Below are positions 18,209 through 27,009 of a DNA stretch of 64,000 nt, in pieces (the first letter of the stretch is position 1; each line of letters opens with the position of its first letter). The DNA is from an uncultured Gammaproteobacteria bacterium. GTDB taxonomy: Bacteria; Patescibacteriota; Patescibacteriia; Patescibacteriales; UBA12465. The stretch is taken from the NCBI GenBank assembly GCA_964539545.1, contig CAZIJG010000001.1:11083-75082 (forward strand). The letters run 5' to 3'. Made by a program: the position numbers and the translations under genes. Under the pieces are notes generated by a model that made no database searches, was not told the DNA's origin, and saw nothing but the letters and a program-made list of their open reading frames with translations.

Positions 18209-19921
18209 TTATTTGGACAGTTCTAGAAGTAAACTTAGAACTAGAGAACGTAGCTGTAAATTATCTGGCTGTAATTTTGAAAGTTCTTGCCAATATTCTA
18301 AAGCTTGTTGTTTATTTCCTAAATTGAAATAGCTAACAGCAGCAATATCTAAAAATGTCTCTCGTTCCACATTCAAGCTCATTTCAACTAGTAATTTATC
18401 AATAGCCTCCAAATTATTTTCAGTAGCATATATGGCAATTAAATTTTGGTAAGGTATGACAAATGTGGGACTGATTTTTAGGGAAGCTAGATATTCTTTT
18501 TTAGCTTCAGCTATATGTCCAATTCCAACCAGGGAATTGGCTAGGTTATAGTGCACCTGCGGATAAACATCTTTAATAGCTATGGCTCTTTGATATTCAT
18601 CTATAGCTTCTTCATGTCTACCAGCGTTACCATAGGCCATACCCAGATTATTTCTTTGAATAAAGCTTTCGGGAGTATATTGTAGATTATCTTCATAGAA
18701 GGTAATTGGATTATCCCAGTCTTTATTTCTATTTATTGTTAAAGCAGCCAACCAGATACAAAATATAATAAATATAACAAAGATTTGTTTAATAACTAGT
18801 TTATTATGTTTAAAAAGATGAATTATCAAAGCAATAATAGCCAACCAGAAGCCCAGCATAGGCAAATATAGCCAGTGTTCGTACATAGGGCGATTTATTT
18901 GAATAATGTTGGTCCGAGGCAACAACATAATAAAAAACCATAGAAAGCCAAAGGGAATCAATTTGTTTTTATTCCAAAACTTCTTACAAATCATAACTAT
19001 GAGAACGACAATCACTGAAAAGGATAAAACAGGCCAACTGAAGAAATTTTGCACGGGACTAATATCATATGCCATGTGTAAATTTAATGGAGCAAATAGT
19101 AACCCAAAGTATTTCATCATTACTAAACTAAAGGTTAATAGTCTCACCCAAAGATTTGCACTATAACCAACTTCATAATCTATACCAGATAAAATATTAT
19201 TAAAATCTAAAACTGTGATTCTTAGAATAAAATAAACTATTGAAATAACAAAGAAAGGAAATAATATTTTAAAGACTCTTTTCCAATCTGCTTTTTTAAA
19301 GAAAAATACTAGTTCAATTAAAGCTACCAAGAACGGCAGAAAAATAACTTGTTCTTTGGTGAGTAATCCTAGAAGAAAAAATCCTAAACTATAAAAAATA
19401 AATTTAATCTTTTTCTTTTGCCTAAAGCTAACATAAAAAATTAAACAGGCTAAAGATAATAGGGTGGACATTGGATCAGCTCGTCCAGCCACATAGGTGA
19501 CAGCTTCAGTCTGCAGGGGATGTATTAGAAATAATAAACTCGGCAAAAAAGACAGCCAGAAATTCTTTCTAGTTAACTTTAATAGCAAAATGAAGGCCAA
19601 CAGAGCCGAAAATATATGCAGCAAAGTATTAACCACATGAAATCCAACTGGATTTAAACCGTATAGCTGATAATCAATAGCAAAGGAGGTTAAAAGTAAG
19701 GGACGCCAATAATTACTAACCTGTCCAGAGCCAGCAATTAAGTTCTGGGTAAAATATTTAGGAAAATATTTAAGATCATGTACATAGGTATTTCTAACAA
19801 TTGAATCGTCATCATCCCAAAATAAAGCATTATTAAAAGAATTGGCGTATAAAGAAAAACCAACTATTATAAGAATAATTGCGACTATTAAGATTTTATG
19901 TTTCTTGAAAAATTCAAACAT
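18209..19921 (-). CDS. TMTC-like GT-C membrane protein with C-terminal TPR repeats (putative protein O-mannosyltransferase-like)
   Basis: N-terminal FWDDDDSIVRNTYV...YWRPLLLTSFAIDY...GFHVVNTLLH pattern of TMTC/DUF1736 proteins. About 10 TM helices. TPR-like GMAYGNAGRHEEAIDEYQRAIAI. Confidence 0.7.
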   Translation of the reverse strand: MFEFFKKHKILIVAIILIIVGFSLYANSFNNALFWDDDDSIVRNTYVHDLKYFPKYFTQNLIAGSGQVSNYWRPLLLTSFAIDYQLYGLNPVGFHVVNTLLHIFSALLAFILLLKLTRKNFWLSFLPSLLFLIHPLQTEAVTYVAGRADPMSTLLSLACLIFYVSFRQKKKIKFIFYSLGFFLLGLLTKEQVIFLPFLVALIELVFFFKKADWKRVFKILFPFFVISIVYFILRITVLDFNNILSGIDYEVGYSANLWVRLLTFSLVMMKYFGLLFAPLNLHMAYDISPVQNFFSWPVLSFSVIVVLIVMICKKFWNKNKLIPFGFLWFFIMLLPRTNIIQINRPMYEHWLYLPMLGFWLAIIALIIHLFKHNKLVIKQIFVIFIIFCIWLAALTINRNKDWDNPITFYEDNLQYTPESFIQRNNLGMAYGNAGRHEEAIDEYQRAIAIKDVYPQVHYNLANSLVGIGHIAEAKKEYLASLKISPTFVIPYQNLIAIYATENNLEAIDKLLVEMSLNVERETFLDIAAVSYFNLGNKQQALEYWQELSKLQPDNLQLRSLVLSLLLELSK

Positions 19922-20026
19922 ATATACATTGTAATATTTTATACCTCCAAAGACAATATCATTGACAATAATCTGAAAAAATCATAATATTAATTAATTG
20001 CTCTTTGTAAAACAAATATCTATATT

Positions 20027-20617
20027 ATGAAAAAAATTTGGTTATTTATTGTATTATTAATGGTTGGCTTGTCGTCTATGGCGCAGACCGAACCAGTATT
20101 GGAATATGCTGGCTTCACAATTAGAGAATATGGACATAACAGTTTCAATCTATATTTCTTGATAACGTTAATTCTGTTAACTATCTATCCAATAGTTTTT
20201 TGGACATCATTTTCCATTAAAAGATCATGGGCACAGGGACCAAAAATTATCCTGGAATTAATATGGATTAGCATAATAATTGCCACTCCAATGTATATAA
20301 TCTCCAAAGACATATATGTTTTTGATATGATCAATACGTTAACTTTTAACGGTAGGAATGGTATAATTCTGATCCTCTATATGCTGGCTGTGACGTTTTT
20401 TTTATTATTACCAGTAATGCTACCAAAAGATCAATATAACTTTTATCGTGTTGCTAGCATTAGCATAGTACTATTGGTCTTATTAACCCTACCTCAAATG
20501 TTTTTATTTGAGTCCATCATACCACTAATCGTGCCTCTATTTAGCGTAGTAATTGTATTAATCATTATTGGGATGACAATAGCAGCTAAAATAAAGATTT
20601 ATCCTGCTACAGAATAA
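20027..20617 (+). CDS. Hypothetical multi-TM protein
   Basis: Signal peptide plus about 5 hydrophobic helices. Terminator follows. Confidence 0.5.
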   Translation: MKKIWLFIVLLMVGLSSMAQTEPVLEYAGFTIREYGHNSFNLYFLITLILLTIYPIVFWTSFSIKRSWAQGPKIILELIWISIIIATPMYIISKDIYVFDMINTLTFNGRNGIILILYMLAVTFFLLLPVMLPKDQYNFYRVASISIVLLVLLTLPQMFLFESIIPLIVPLFSVVIVLIIIGMTIAAKIKIYPATE

Positions 20618-20623
20618 CTTTTT

Positions 20624-20651
20624 AAAGTCGGATATAATTCCGACTTTTTTT
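20624..20651 (+). terminator. Intrinsic terminator
   Basis: aaagtcgga/ttccgacttt stem followed by T7. Confidence 0.75.
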
Positions 20652-20688
20652 GTTTGACCCTAAAAATTGAATCGGGTAAGCTAGATAT

Positions 20689-21351
20689 ATGAATAATATT
20701 TTTGCCGTATACAAACCAGTTGGTCCAAGTTCTAATCAAATGTTAAGCAGAATAAAAAAAGTGCTTAATATTAAAAAGGTTGGACATGCTGGAACTTTAG
20801 ATCCTCTCGCCCAGGGCATTTTAGTGGTGGCCGTGGGCAGGGCGTATACCAAACAGTTGCCTGAAATAGTAAAAAAAGAGAAAGAATATATAGCTAAAAT
20901 TCGCTTAGGTCAAACTAGTACCACCGACGATGAAGAAGGCGAAAAGAAAATAATTATTGAAAATGAGCCAAAAAACATTAATTTAAACACAATTAATAAC
21001 ATTTTAAACGACTTTAAAGGTATAATAGAGCAAATTCCACCTATATTTAGCGCTATAAAGATGAACGGTCAAGCAGCATATAAATTAGCCAGAAAAGGCA
21101 CGGACATCAAAATGAGGGCCAGGGAAGCGGAAATAAAAGATATAGAATTATTAGATTATAACTGGCCGTACTTAACTATTAGAGCCGTAACTGGTCCCGG
21201 AGTATATATCCGTTCTCTAGCTAGAGATATTGGCGAAAGATTAAAAACAGGTGGACATTTAAATGAGCTAGAAAGAACTAGAGTCGGGCAATATTCCAAA
21301 GAGAAGGCCCTATCTCTAAAAGACATTGCTTCTTTAAAACTAGATATATAA
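20689..21351 (+). CDS. truB: tRNA pseudouridine(55) synthase
   Basis: GHAGTLDPLAQGILVVAVG catalytic Asp motif and TruB-like length. Confidence 0.9.
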   Translation: MNNIFAVYKPVGPSSNQMLSRIKKVLNIKKVGHAGTLDPLAQGILVVAVGRAYTKQLPEIVKKEKEYIAKIRLGQTSTTDDEEGEKKIIIENEPKNINLNTINNILNDFKGIIEQIPPIFSAIKMNGQAAYKLARKGTDIKMRAREAEIKDIELLDYNWPYLTIRAVTGPGVYIRSLARDIGERLKTGGHLNELERTRVGQYSKEKALSLKDIASLKLDI

Positions 21352-21408
21352 ATTGATAAAATAAAAAACCCTTATCTTAAACGAGGGGTTTTTTAAATTC
21401 CTAGATTA

Positions 21409-21621
21409 TTAGTAATTGTATCGTTCATCAAATTCCTCTTGGCTAATCATTAACAGAATAATTAAATCTATAACAGCCAAGAATAGAGGAATAAATGTCC
21501 AGGACAATACCAAATACAAAATTCCAGGAATAATTCTACCTAGGTAAAATTTGTGGACACCGAAAGCACCTAAAAAAATGCAGAGGATTAGGGCGATTGA
21601 TTTTCTTTTTGTATATATCAT
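21409..21621 (-). CDS. TM2 domain-containing protein
   Basis: LGAFGVHKFYLGR motif and two TM helices. Confidence 0.75.
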   Translation of the reverse strand: MIYTKRKSIALILCIFLGAFGVHKFYLGRIIPGILYLVLSWTFIPLFLAVIDLIILLMISQEEFDERYNY

Positions 21622-21676
21622 ATATCTATATATTATAATAAAAACTCATTGACAGCAACTAGGAAAAATAATATCC

Positions 21677-21705
21677 TTGACATTTCTTTATAATTATGAT
21701 AGTAT
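21677..21705 (+). promoter_or_regulatory. Sigma-70-like promoter candidate
   Basis: TTGACA (21677-21682), 17-nt spacer, TAGTAT (21700-21705). Confidence 0.4.
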
Positions 21706-21718
21706 GATTTGAACAACA

Positions 21719-22330
21719 ATGTTCAATTGCTCTTTTAAAATAATAACATCTAAACTATATGTCATGGAAAATGAAACCAAATGGGGTCAACTACCCAAAG
21801 CAGTATTTAATAAATTAAGTAAGTCCAACCAAGATCTCTGCGAGAACGGCAGATGGGTAGAAATGTCAGACTTTATGTATGAATCTCTAACTAAGAAATC
21901 TTTCTTAGTAGTAGTAAAAGTACCTTGTCCTAAAAAAGACAAATATATGGTTCATACCGAAAAAAAAGTGATATTAATACCGATACATAATAGCCGGAGA
22001 GAGGCTACATTATTGTATATCCCGGACCACTATTACAAGGAGTCACGGTCCAGTGGTTACCTGAGAATCCAACATTTTTTACTGCCTGAAGAGTATTGCG
22101 GTAAGAAAATTTTGGCTCTAGCAACGATCCAGAGAAAATTTGATAATAATGGCAGACAAGCGTTTATCATTAATTATGAAGCTGTAAAGACAAAAAACAT
22201 GAATGGTGGAATGTTATTACATGAATTAAAACTAGGTACGCCTAATCCATCACCAGAGGCAGTAGTAAAAATTCCTACTGATAATAATAAATTTATTACA
22301 TTTACCTCAACAGGAAAAATCTTAAACTAA
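21719..22330 (+). CDS. Hypothetical protein
   Basis: Long ORF with its own promoter-like element and a strong terminator. The start could be ATG 21764 (MENETKW..). No family recognised. Confidence 0.45.
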   Translation: MFNCSFKIITSKLYVMENETKWGQLPKAVFNKLSKSNQDLCENGRWVEMSDFMYESLTKKSFLVVVKVPCPKKDKYMVHTEKKVILIPIHNSRREATLLYIPDHYYKESRSSGYLRIQHFLLPEEYCGKKILALATIQRKFDNNGRQAFIINYEAVKTKNMNGGMLLHELKLGTPNPSPEAVVKIPTDNNKFITFTSTGKILN

Positions 22331-22350
22331 ACAAGAAACTAGTTTAAGAG

Positions 22351-22381
22351 AGCCACTTATAATTTTAAGTGGCTTTTTTTA
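22351..22381 (+). terminator. Intrinsic terminator
   Basis: agccactta/taagtggct 9-bp stem with a 6-nt loop, followed by T7. Confidence 0.85.
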
Positions 22382-22386
22382 TTTCC

Positions 22387-22563
22387 TTATTTCTCACCAT
22401 CTTTTTTATAAACTTTAATACTCACCTCATGGCTAGCATTCTGTGACTCAAAAAAATTTACTAATTCAAATACATCTATAGCGCTAACCATCCACTTGGC
22501 AGGATTAATAACTTTGTAATGAGCTCTAAATTCTAGCTCTCCTAGACGCCTATCAGCTATATA
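22387..22563 (-). pseudogene. Possible gene remnant (58 codons, no usable start)
   Basis: Stop-to-stop frame YIADRRLGELEFRAHYKVINPAKWMVSAIDVFELVNFFESQNASHEVSIKVYKKDGEK*. The only ATG is internal. It sits in an otherwise empty 375-nt gap. Confidence 0.2.
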
Positions 22564-22645
22564 TTAAACCTAATGTTGTATGCAAGTCTCATGTCAGCAT
22601 ACCACATGTTGTATAAGCCTCTAAACCTCCGATTATCCATAAAAA

Positions 22646-22674
22646 TGGACAAATGATGTTTTTCTTAGTATAAT
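22646..22674 (+). promoter_or_regulatory. Sigma-70-like promoter candidate for sod
   Basis: TGGACA (22646-22651), 17-nt spacer, TATAAT (22669-22674). Lies about 30 nt upstream of the ATG. Confidence 0.5.
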
Positions 22675-22705
22675 TAATAGGCTTTAATTATTTAATTATA
22701 AATAT

Positions 22706-23308
22706 ATGAGTTTTAATTTAGTCGACTTACCATATGGTCATGAAGCCCTTAGACCCCATATGTCTCAGAAAACTTTAGAATTTCATCATAATAAGCATCA
22801 TCGGACTTATGTAAATAAACTTAATGAATTAATTGCGGGAACTGAGCTAGAAAATAAAAGCTTAGAAGAAATTATAAAAGCAACTGTTAATGATAATACT
22901 AAACAAGCTATTTTTAATAACGCTGGCCAAGTATTTAATCATAATATATTTTGGCAGAGCCTTAGTCCAGATGGTGGGGGCAATCCCACCGATACTGTAA
23001 AAAAGATGTTAGAAAAAAGTTTTGGCAACATGGAAAAATTTACAGAACAATTTAAAACAGCTGGTCTAGGACAGTTTGGTAGTGGCTGGGTATGGTTAAT
23101 TCTAGAAGACAAAAAAATTAAAATCACCACCACGTCTAATGGCGATAATCCCATTGCTCATGATCAAATATTACTACTTGGCTTAGATGTTTGGGAACAT
23201 TCCTATTATCTAGATCATCAAAATAATCGTGACAAGTACTTAGACACATTCCTTAAGAGTTTAGTTAATTGGAACTTCGCGCAACAAAACCTAGATAAAC
23301 AGGGGTAA
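22706..23308 (+). CDS. sodB: Superoxide dismutase, Fe-type (Fe/Mn family)
   Basis: HHNKHHRTYV and DVWEHSYYLD. Gln in AGQVFNH and no Gln in TSNGDNP, which suggests the Fe-type. Confidence 0.9.
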   Translation: MSFNLVDLPYGHEALRPHMSQKTLEFHHNKHHRTYVNKLNELIAGTELENKSLEEIIKATVNDNTKQAIFNNAGQVFNHNIFWQSLSPDGGGNPTDTVKKMLEKSFGNMEKFTEQFKTAGLGQFGSGWVWLILEDKKIKITTTSNGDNPIAHDQILLLGLDVWEHSYYLDHQNNRDKYLDTFLKSLVNWNFAQQNLDKQG

Positions 23309-23341
23309 AAGTTGACAAACCCAAACCTTTATTATATTATT

Positions 23342-23368
23342 AAAAAAGAGGTCTGACCTCTTTTTTAT
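23342..23368 (+). terminator. Intrinsic terminator
   Basis: aaaagagg/cctctttt stem followed by a T-run. Confidence 0.65.
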
Positions 23369-23409
23369 ATATCATTTATTAATCAATCATATCTCCAATT
23401 AATTTCTTG

Positions 23410-23433
23410 TTTGTTGGCTAATATTCCAACAAA
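23410..23433 (+). promoter_or_regulatory. Hairpin in the rpsB 5' leader
   Basis: tttgttgg/ccaacaaa 8-bp stem with an 8-nt loop, 30 nt upstream of the rpsB ATG. Function unknown. Confidence 0.2.
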
Positions 23434-23463
23434 TTAAGGGGATAGAGGTTAAAAGAAAAACTT

Positions 23464-24147
23464 ATGGATAACATTCCTACATTGGAACAAATGCTCAAGG
23501 CAGGTATGCATTTTGGGCATCGAAAAAGTCGTTGGCACCCTAAGATGGCGCCTTTTATTTTTGGCTCAAAACAAAACATCTACATCATTGACTTATCTAA
23601 AACTCAAGGACAGTTAAAAACTGCTCTAGAATTTATGACAAATTTAGTAAAAGAGAATAAAACCATTCTTTTTGTAGGCACTAAAAAGCAAGTGCAAAAA
23701 CCCCTAAAAAAAATGGCGGAGGAGATTAAAATGCCCTATGTCATTGGTAAATGGTTAGGTGGATGTCTAACTAATTTTATGGTTATTAGACGCTCTATCA
23801 AAAAATATCTAGATCTGAAAGAAAAACAAGATACTGGTAAACTGGAAAAGTATACTAAGAAAGAAAAATTAAACTTTGAACGTCAAATTAATAAAATGGA
23901 GATAAGATTAGGCGGTTTAGCTAATTTAGCTAAATTACCAGACGCTCTATTTATCTGGGATATCAGAGAAGAAAAAACTGCTGTGGCTGAAGCTAGAGTA
24001 AAGAATATTCCAATTATCGCTATTTGCGATACAAACGTTAACCCTGAATTAGTTAATTATCCAATTGCGGCTAATGACGACGCTACTAAAACTGTAGATT
24101 TGATATTGGATACAATTAAAAAAGCTATTCAGAATGTAAAAAAATAA
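23464..24147 (+). CDS. rpsB: 30S ribosomal protein S2
   Basis: MLKAGMHFGHRKSRWHPKM.. N-terminus and S2 layout. Followed by tsf. Confidence 0.95.
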   Translation: MDNIPTLEQMLKAGMHFGHRKSRWHPKMAPFIFGSKQNIYIIDLSKTQGQLKTALEFMTNLVKENKTILFVGTKKQVQKPLKKMAEEIKMPYVIGKWLGGCLTNFMVIRRSIKKYLDLKEKQDTGKLEKYTKKEKLNFERQINKMEIRLGGLANLAKLPDALFIWDIREEKTAVAEARVKNIPIIAICDTNVNPELVNYPIAANDDATKTVDLILDTIKKAIQNVKK

Positions 24148-24169
24148 AAAATAATTAATTCCAAATAAT

Positions 24170-24970
24170 ATGATGGAGACATTGAAACAACTAAGAGCAC
24201 GAACTGGTGCTGGTATTACTGATTGTAAGAAAGCTTTAGACGAAGCTAATGGTGATGCTGAAAAAGCTGTTGAAATCTTAAGAAAAAAAGGAATTGCTAA
24301 AGCCGCTAAACGATGTGGCCGAGATGCTACTGAAGGTATTATTAAAGTAGCTGTAAATGAAGCTGGTAACGAAGGCTATATACTAGAAGTTAATTCTGAA
24401 ACAGACTTTGTAGCTCGTAACAAACAATTTCAAGAATTTGTAGACAACATATTAACTATCGTTAAAGAGCAAAAACCTGCTAATTTAGAAGCTTTATTTG
24501 CTTTGACTATGAATACTACTACTGTGGGTGAAGAATTAGAAAATCTAAGTGGAGTAATTGGCGAAAAATTAGTCATTAATCGTTTTGAGATTTTAGCTGG
24601 AGAAACCGTAGCTAGTTATTTACACATGGGCGGTAACATGGGCATCTTAGTATCTCTAGATAAAGCTGATCAAAAAGAATTAGCCTATAACATTGCTATG
24701 CATATTGGAGCTGCTAATCCTAGATATATTAATCCCGAAGACGTAGATAGTGCTGAATTAGAAAAAGAAAAAGAAATTTATCGTGAACAACTAATTAAAA
24801 AAGGAAAACCAGAAAATATCATTGAAAAGATTTTAGAAGGTAAGATAAGTAAATATTACGGAGAAGTTTGTTTAACAAAACAAGAATACATCAAAGACGA
24901 TAAGAAAAAAGTAGAAGATATCCTAGGCGAGACTAAAGTTATTAACTTTATCCGTTACAGCCTAGCTTAA
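24170..24970 (+). CDS. tsf: Elongation factor Ts
   Basis: LRARTGAGITDCKKALDEANGD UBA-like N-terminus. Canonical rpsB-tsf order. The start could be 24173. Confidence 0.9.
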   Translation: MMETLKQLRARTGAGITDCKKALDEANGDAEKAVEILRKKGIAKAAKRCGRDATEGIIKVAVNEAGNEGYILEVNSETDFVARNKQFQEFVDNILTIVKEQKPANLEALFALTMNTTTVGEELENLSGVIGEKLVINRFEILAGETVASYLHMGGNMGILVSLDKADQKELAYNIAMHIGAANPRYINPEDVDSAELEKEKEIYREQLIKKGKPENIIEKILEGKISKYYGEVCLTKQEYIKDDKKKVEDILGETKVINFIRYSLA

Positions 24971-25038
24971 TATAGGAAGTGTAAAAATGGAGTTTATCTA
25001 GGATTTAGCCAATTAATTTACACTTTTTATTAATTAAT

Positions 25039-25866
25039 ATGGAAGTAGTAAAAGTAAAATTTTCATCTTGGGATAAATCATATAATTTTTTACCCGGTGA
25101 TCTAGATATTAAGGTAGGAGATCAAGTGATTGTAGACACCGAGCTTGGAAAAGAGCTAGGCGTGGTTCTAGCTAGAGAAGAAGTTGCTCGCAGCAAAGAA
25201 GAAAAAAAAGAAGAAAAAGAAATTAAATCAGTATTACGTTTAGCAGAAAAATATGATCTAGATAAAGGACCTGACAAAAAAACCAAGAAAGAAGCTCTAA
25301 AGTATTGTTACAAAATTATCAAGAAACATAATTTACCAATGAAATTAGTAGATGTACATTTCTCATATTCTGGTGGTCGCATGAATTTCGCTTTCATTGC
25401 TGATGGTAGGGTAGATTTCAGAGATTTAGTTAAAGAGCTAACCATGCACTTTAACACCAATATCCGCTTAACTCAGATTGGTACTCGTGATGAAGCAAAA
25501 ATTGATGGTGATTTTGGTCCCTGCGGTAGAAGACTTTGTTGCAAAAGCTTTATAGGAGAATTTTCCTCTATTACTTCAGAAATGGCTGAATCTCAACAGG
25601 TAGTTCATCGTGGTAGTGAAAGAATTTCTGGCATGTGTAACCGCTTAATGTGTTGTTTGGCCTTTGAACATGAAACCTATAAAAATCTAGCCAAAAAAAT
25701 GCCTGCCATTGGCACTAGAGTAAGTGTAGATGGAAGAAAGGGCGTAGTAGTTGGTCATCACATTCTGAAACAATCTGTAAGAGTGGAATTCAAACCAGAA
25801 AAAGGGGAACGCGGAAGAACCTTTATGGAAGTAGATCTGGATCGAAAAAATAAAAAGAAAGAATAA
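25039..25866 (+). CDS. PSP1 domain protein (YaaT/RicT-like)
   Basis: VDVHFSYSGGRMNFAFIADGRVDFRDLVKEL and the Cys cluster GPCGRRLCC..MCNRLMCCL. Confidence 0.8.
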   Translation: MEVVKVKFSSWDKSYNFLPGDLDIKVGDQVIVDTELGKELGVVLAREEVARSKEEKKEEKEIKSVLRLAEKYDLDKGPDKKTKKEALKYCYKIIKKHNLPMKLVDVHFSYSGGRMNFAFIADGRVDFRDLVKELTMHFNTNIRLTQIGTRDEAKIDGDFGPCGRRLCCKSFIGEFSSITSEMAESQQVVHRGSERISGMCNRLMCCLAFEHETYKNLAKKMPAIGTRVSVDGRKGVVVGHHILKQSVRVEFKPEKGERGRTFMEVDLDRKNKKKE

Positions 25867-25895
25867 TCCAATATCTACAATTATCAATAAAAAAA

Positions 25896-25929
25896 TAAAA
25901 CACGCCAAACCTAGAGGTGTGTTTTTTTA
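25896..25929 (+). terminator. Intrinsic terminator
   Basis: cacgcc/ggtgtg stem with one G-U pair, followed by T7. Confidence 0.55.
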
Positions 25930-25984
25930 TATGTTAAAAATATGCTATTATTAAAAGAGAAAATAAATTTAATTTTTAATTTTT

Positions 25985-27007
25985 ATGCTTAAAAAAACTA
26001 AAGTAGCCATTAACGGTTTCGGTCGAATTGGCAGAGCCGTTTTCAAAATTATCTTAGAAAAACATCCAAATTTGGATATAGTTGCGATTAATGATTTAAC
26101 CGATCCAAAATCTCTAGCTAATTTATTAAAACATGATACTGCCTACGGTATCTATGATAAAGAAGTTGGAATTAAAGACGGTAAACTAATGATAGGTAAA
26201 AAGGGCATTATAATGCTTAATGATAAAGAGCCAACAAATTTACCTTGGAAAGACTTAGGCGTAGAACTAGTTATAGAATGTACCGGCTTCTTTAGGACTA
26301 AGGATGAGGCTTCTAGACATTTAAAGGCCGGGGCAAAGAAAGTAGTTATTTCCGCTCCTAGCAAAGGAAATAAAAAAATTAAAACTATAGTATTGGGTGT
26401 AAATGAAAAAAAGCTAACTAAAACAGATAACATTATATCCTGTGCTTCATGTACTACAAATTGCCTAGCTCCTGTTACTGAAATTATTAGAGAAAATTTT
26501 GGTATTCAGAAAGCTTTAATGAGCACAATACATGGTTACACTGCCGATCAAAATCTAGTAGACGGTCCTCATAAAGATCCTAGACGTGGTCGAGCAGCTG
26601 CTCAAAATATTGTACCAACAACTACTGGAGCAGCCAAGGCTACTATTGAAACTATTCCTTCCTTAAAAAATAAATTCAACGGCATAGCAGTGAGAGTCCC
26701 TATACTGGTTGGCTCATTAATTGATGCCACCTATGTTCTAAAAAAGAAGACTAACTTGGACAAAGTACATAAAGTCTTCAAAAAAGCGGCCAGATCTGCT
26801 CAGTATAAAGGGATATTAGAAACCACCGAAGAACCACTAGTCTCAACAGATATTATAAAAACATCAGCTAGTTCAATTGTAGACTTTGGTTTCACTCAAA
26901 TTATAGACGGAGACCTACTAAAGATAGTAGCTTGGTATGATAACGAATGGGGCTATAGTAATCGTCTAGCTGATTTAAGTAGTTTATTAGCCCAAAAGTA
27001 TCTCTAA
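25985..27007 (+). CDS. gap: Glyceraldehyde-3-phosphate dehydrogenase, type I
   Basis: INGFGRIGR and the catalytic ASCTTNCLAP. Confidence 0.95.
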   Translation: MLKKTKVAINGFGRIGRAVFKIILEKHPNLDIVAINDLTDPKSLANLLKHDTAYGIYDKEVGIKDGKLMIGKKGIIMLNDKEPTNLPWKDLGVELVIECTGFFRTKDEASRHLKAGAKKVVISAPSKGNKKIKTIVLGVNEKKLTKTDNIISCASCTTNCLAPVTEIIRENFGIQKALMSTIHGYTADQNLVDGPHKDPRRGRAAAQNIVPTTTGAAKATIETIPSLKNKFNGIAVRVPILVGSLIDATYVLKKKTNLDKVHKVFKKAARSAQYKGILETTEEPLVSTDIIKTSASSIVDFGFTQIIDGDLLKIVAWYDNEWGYSNRLADLSSLLAQKYL

Positions 27008-27009
27008 CT

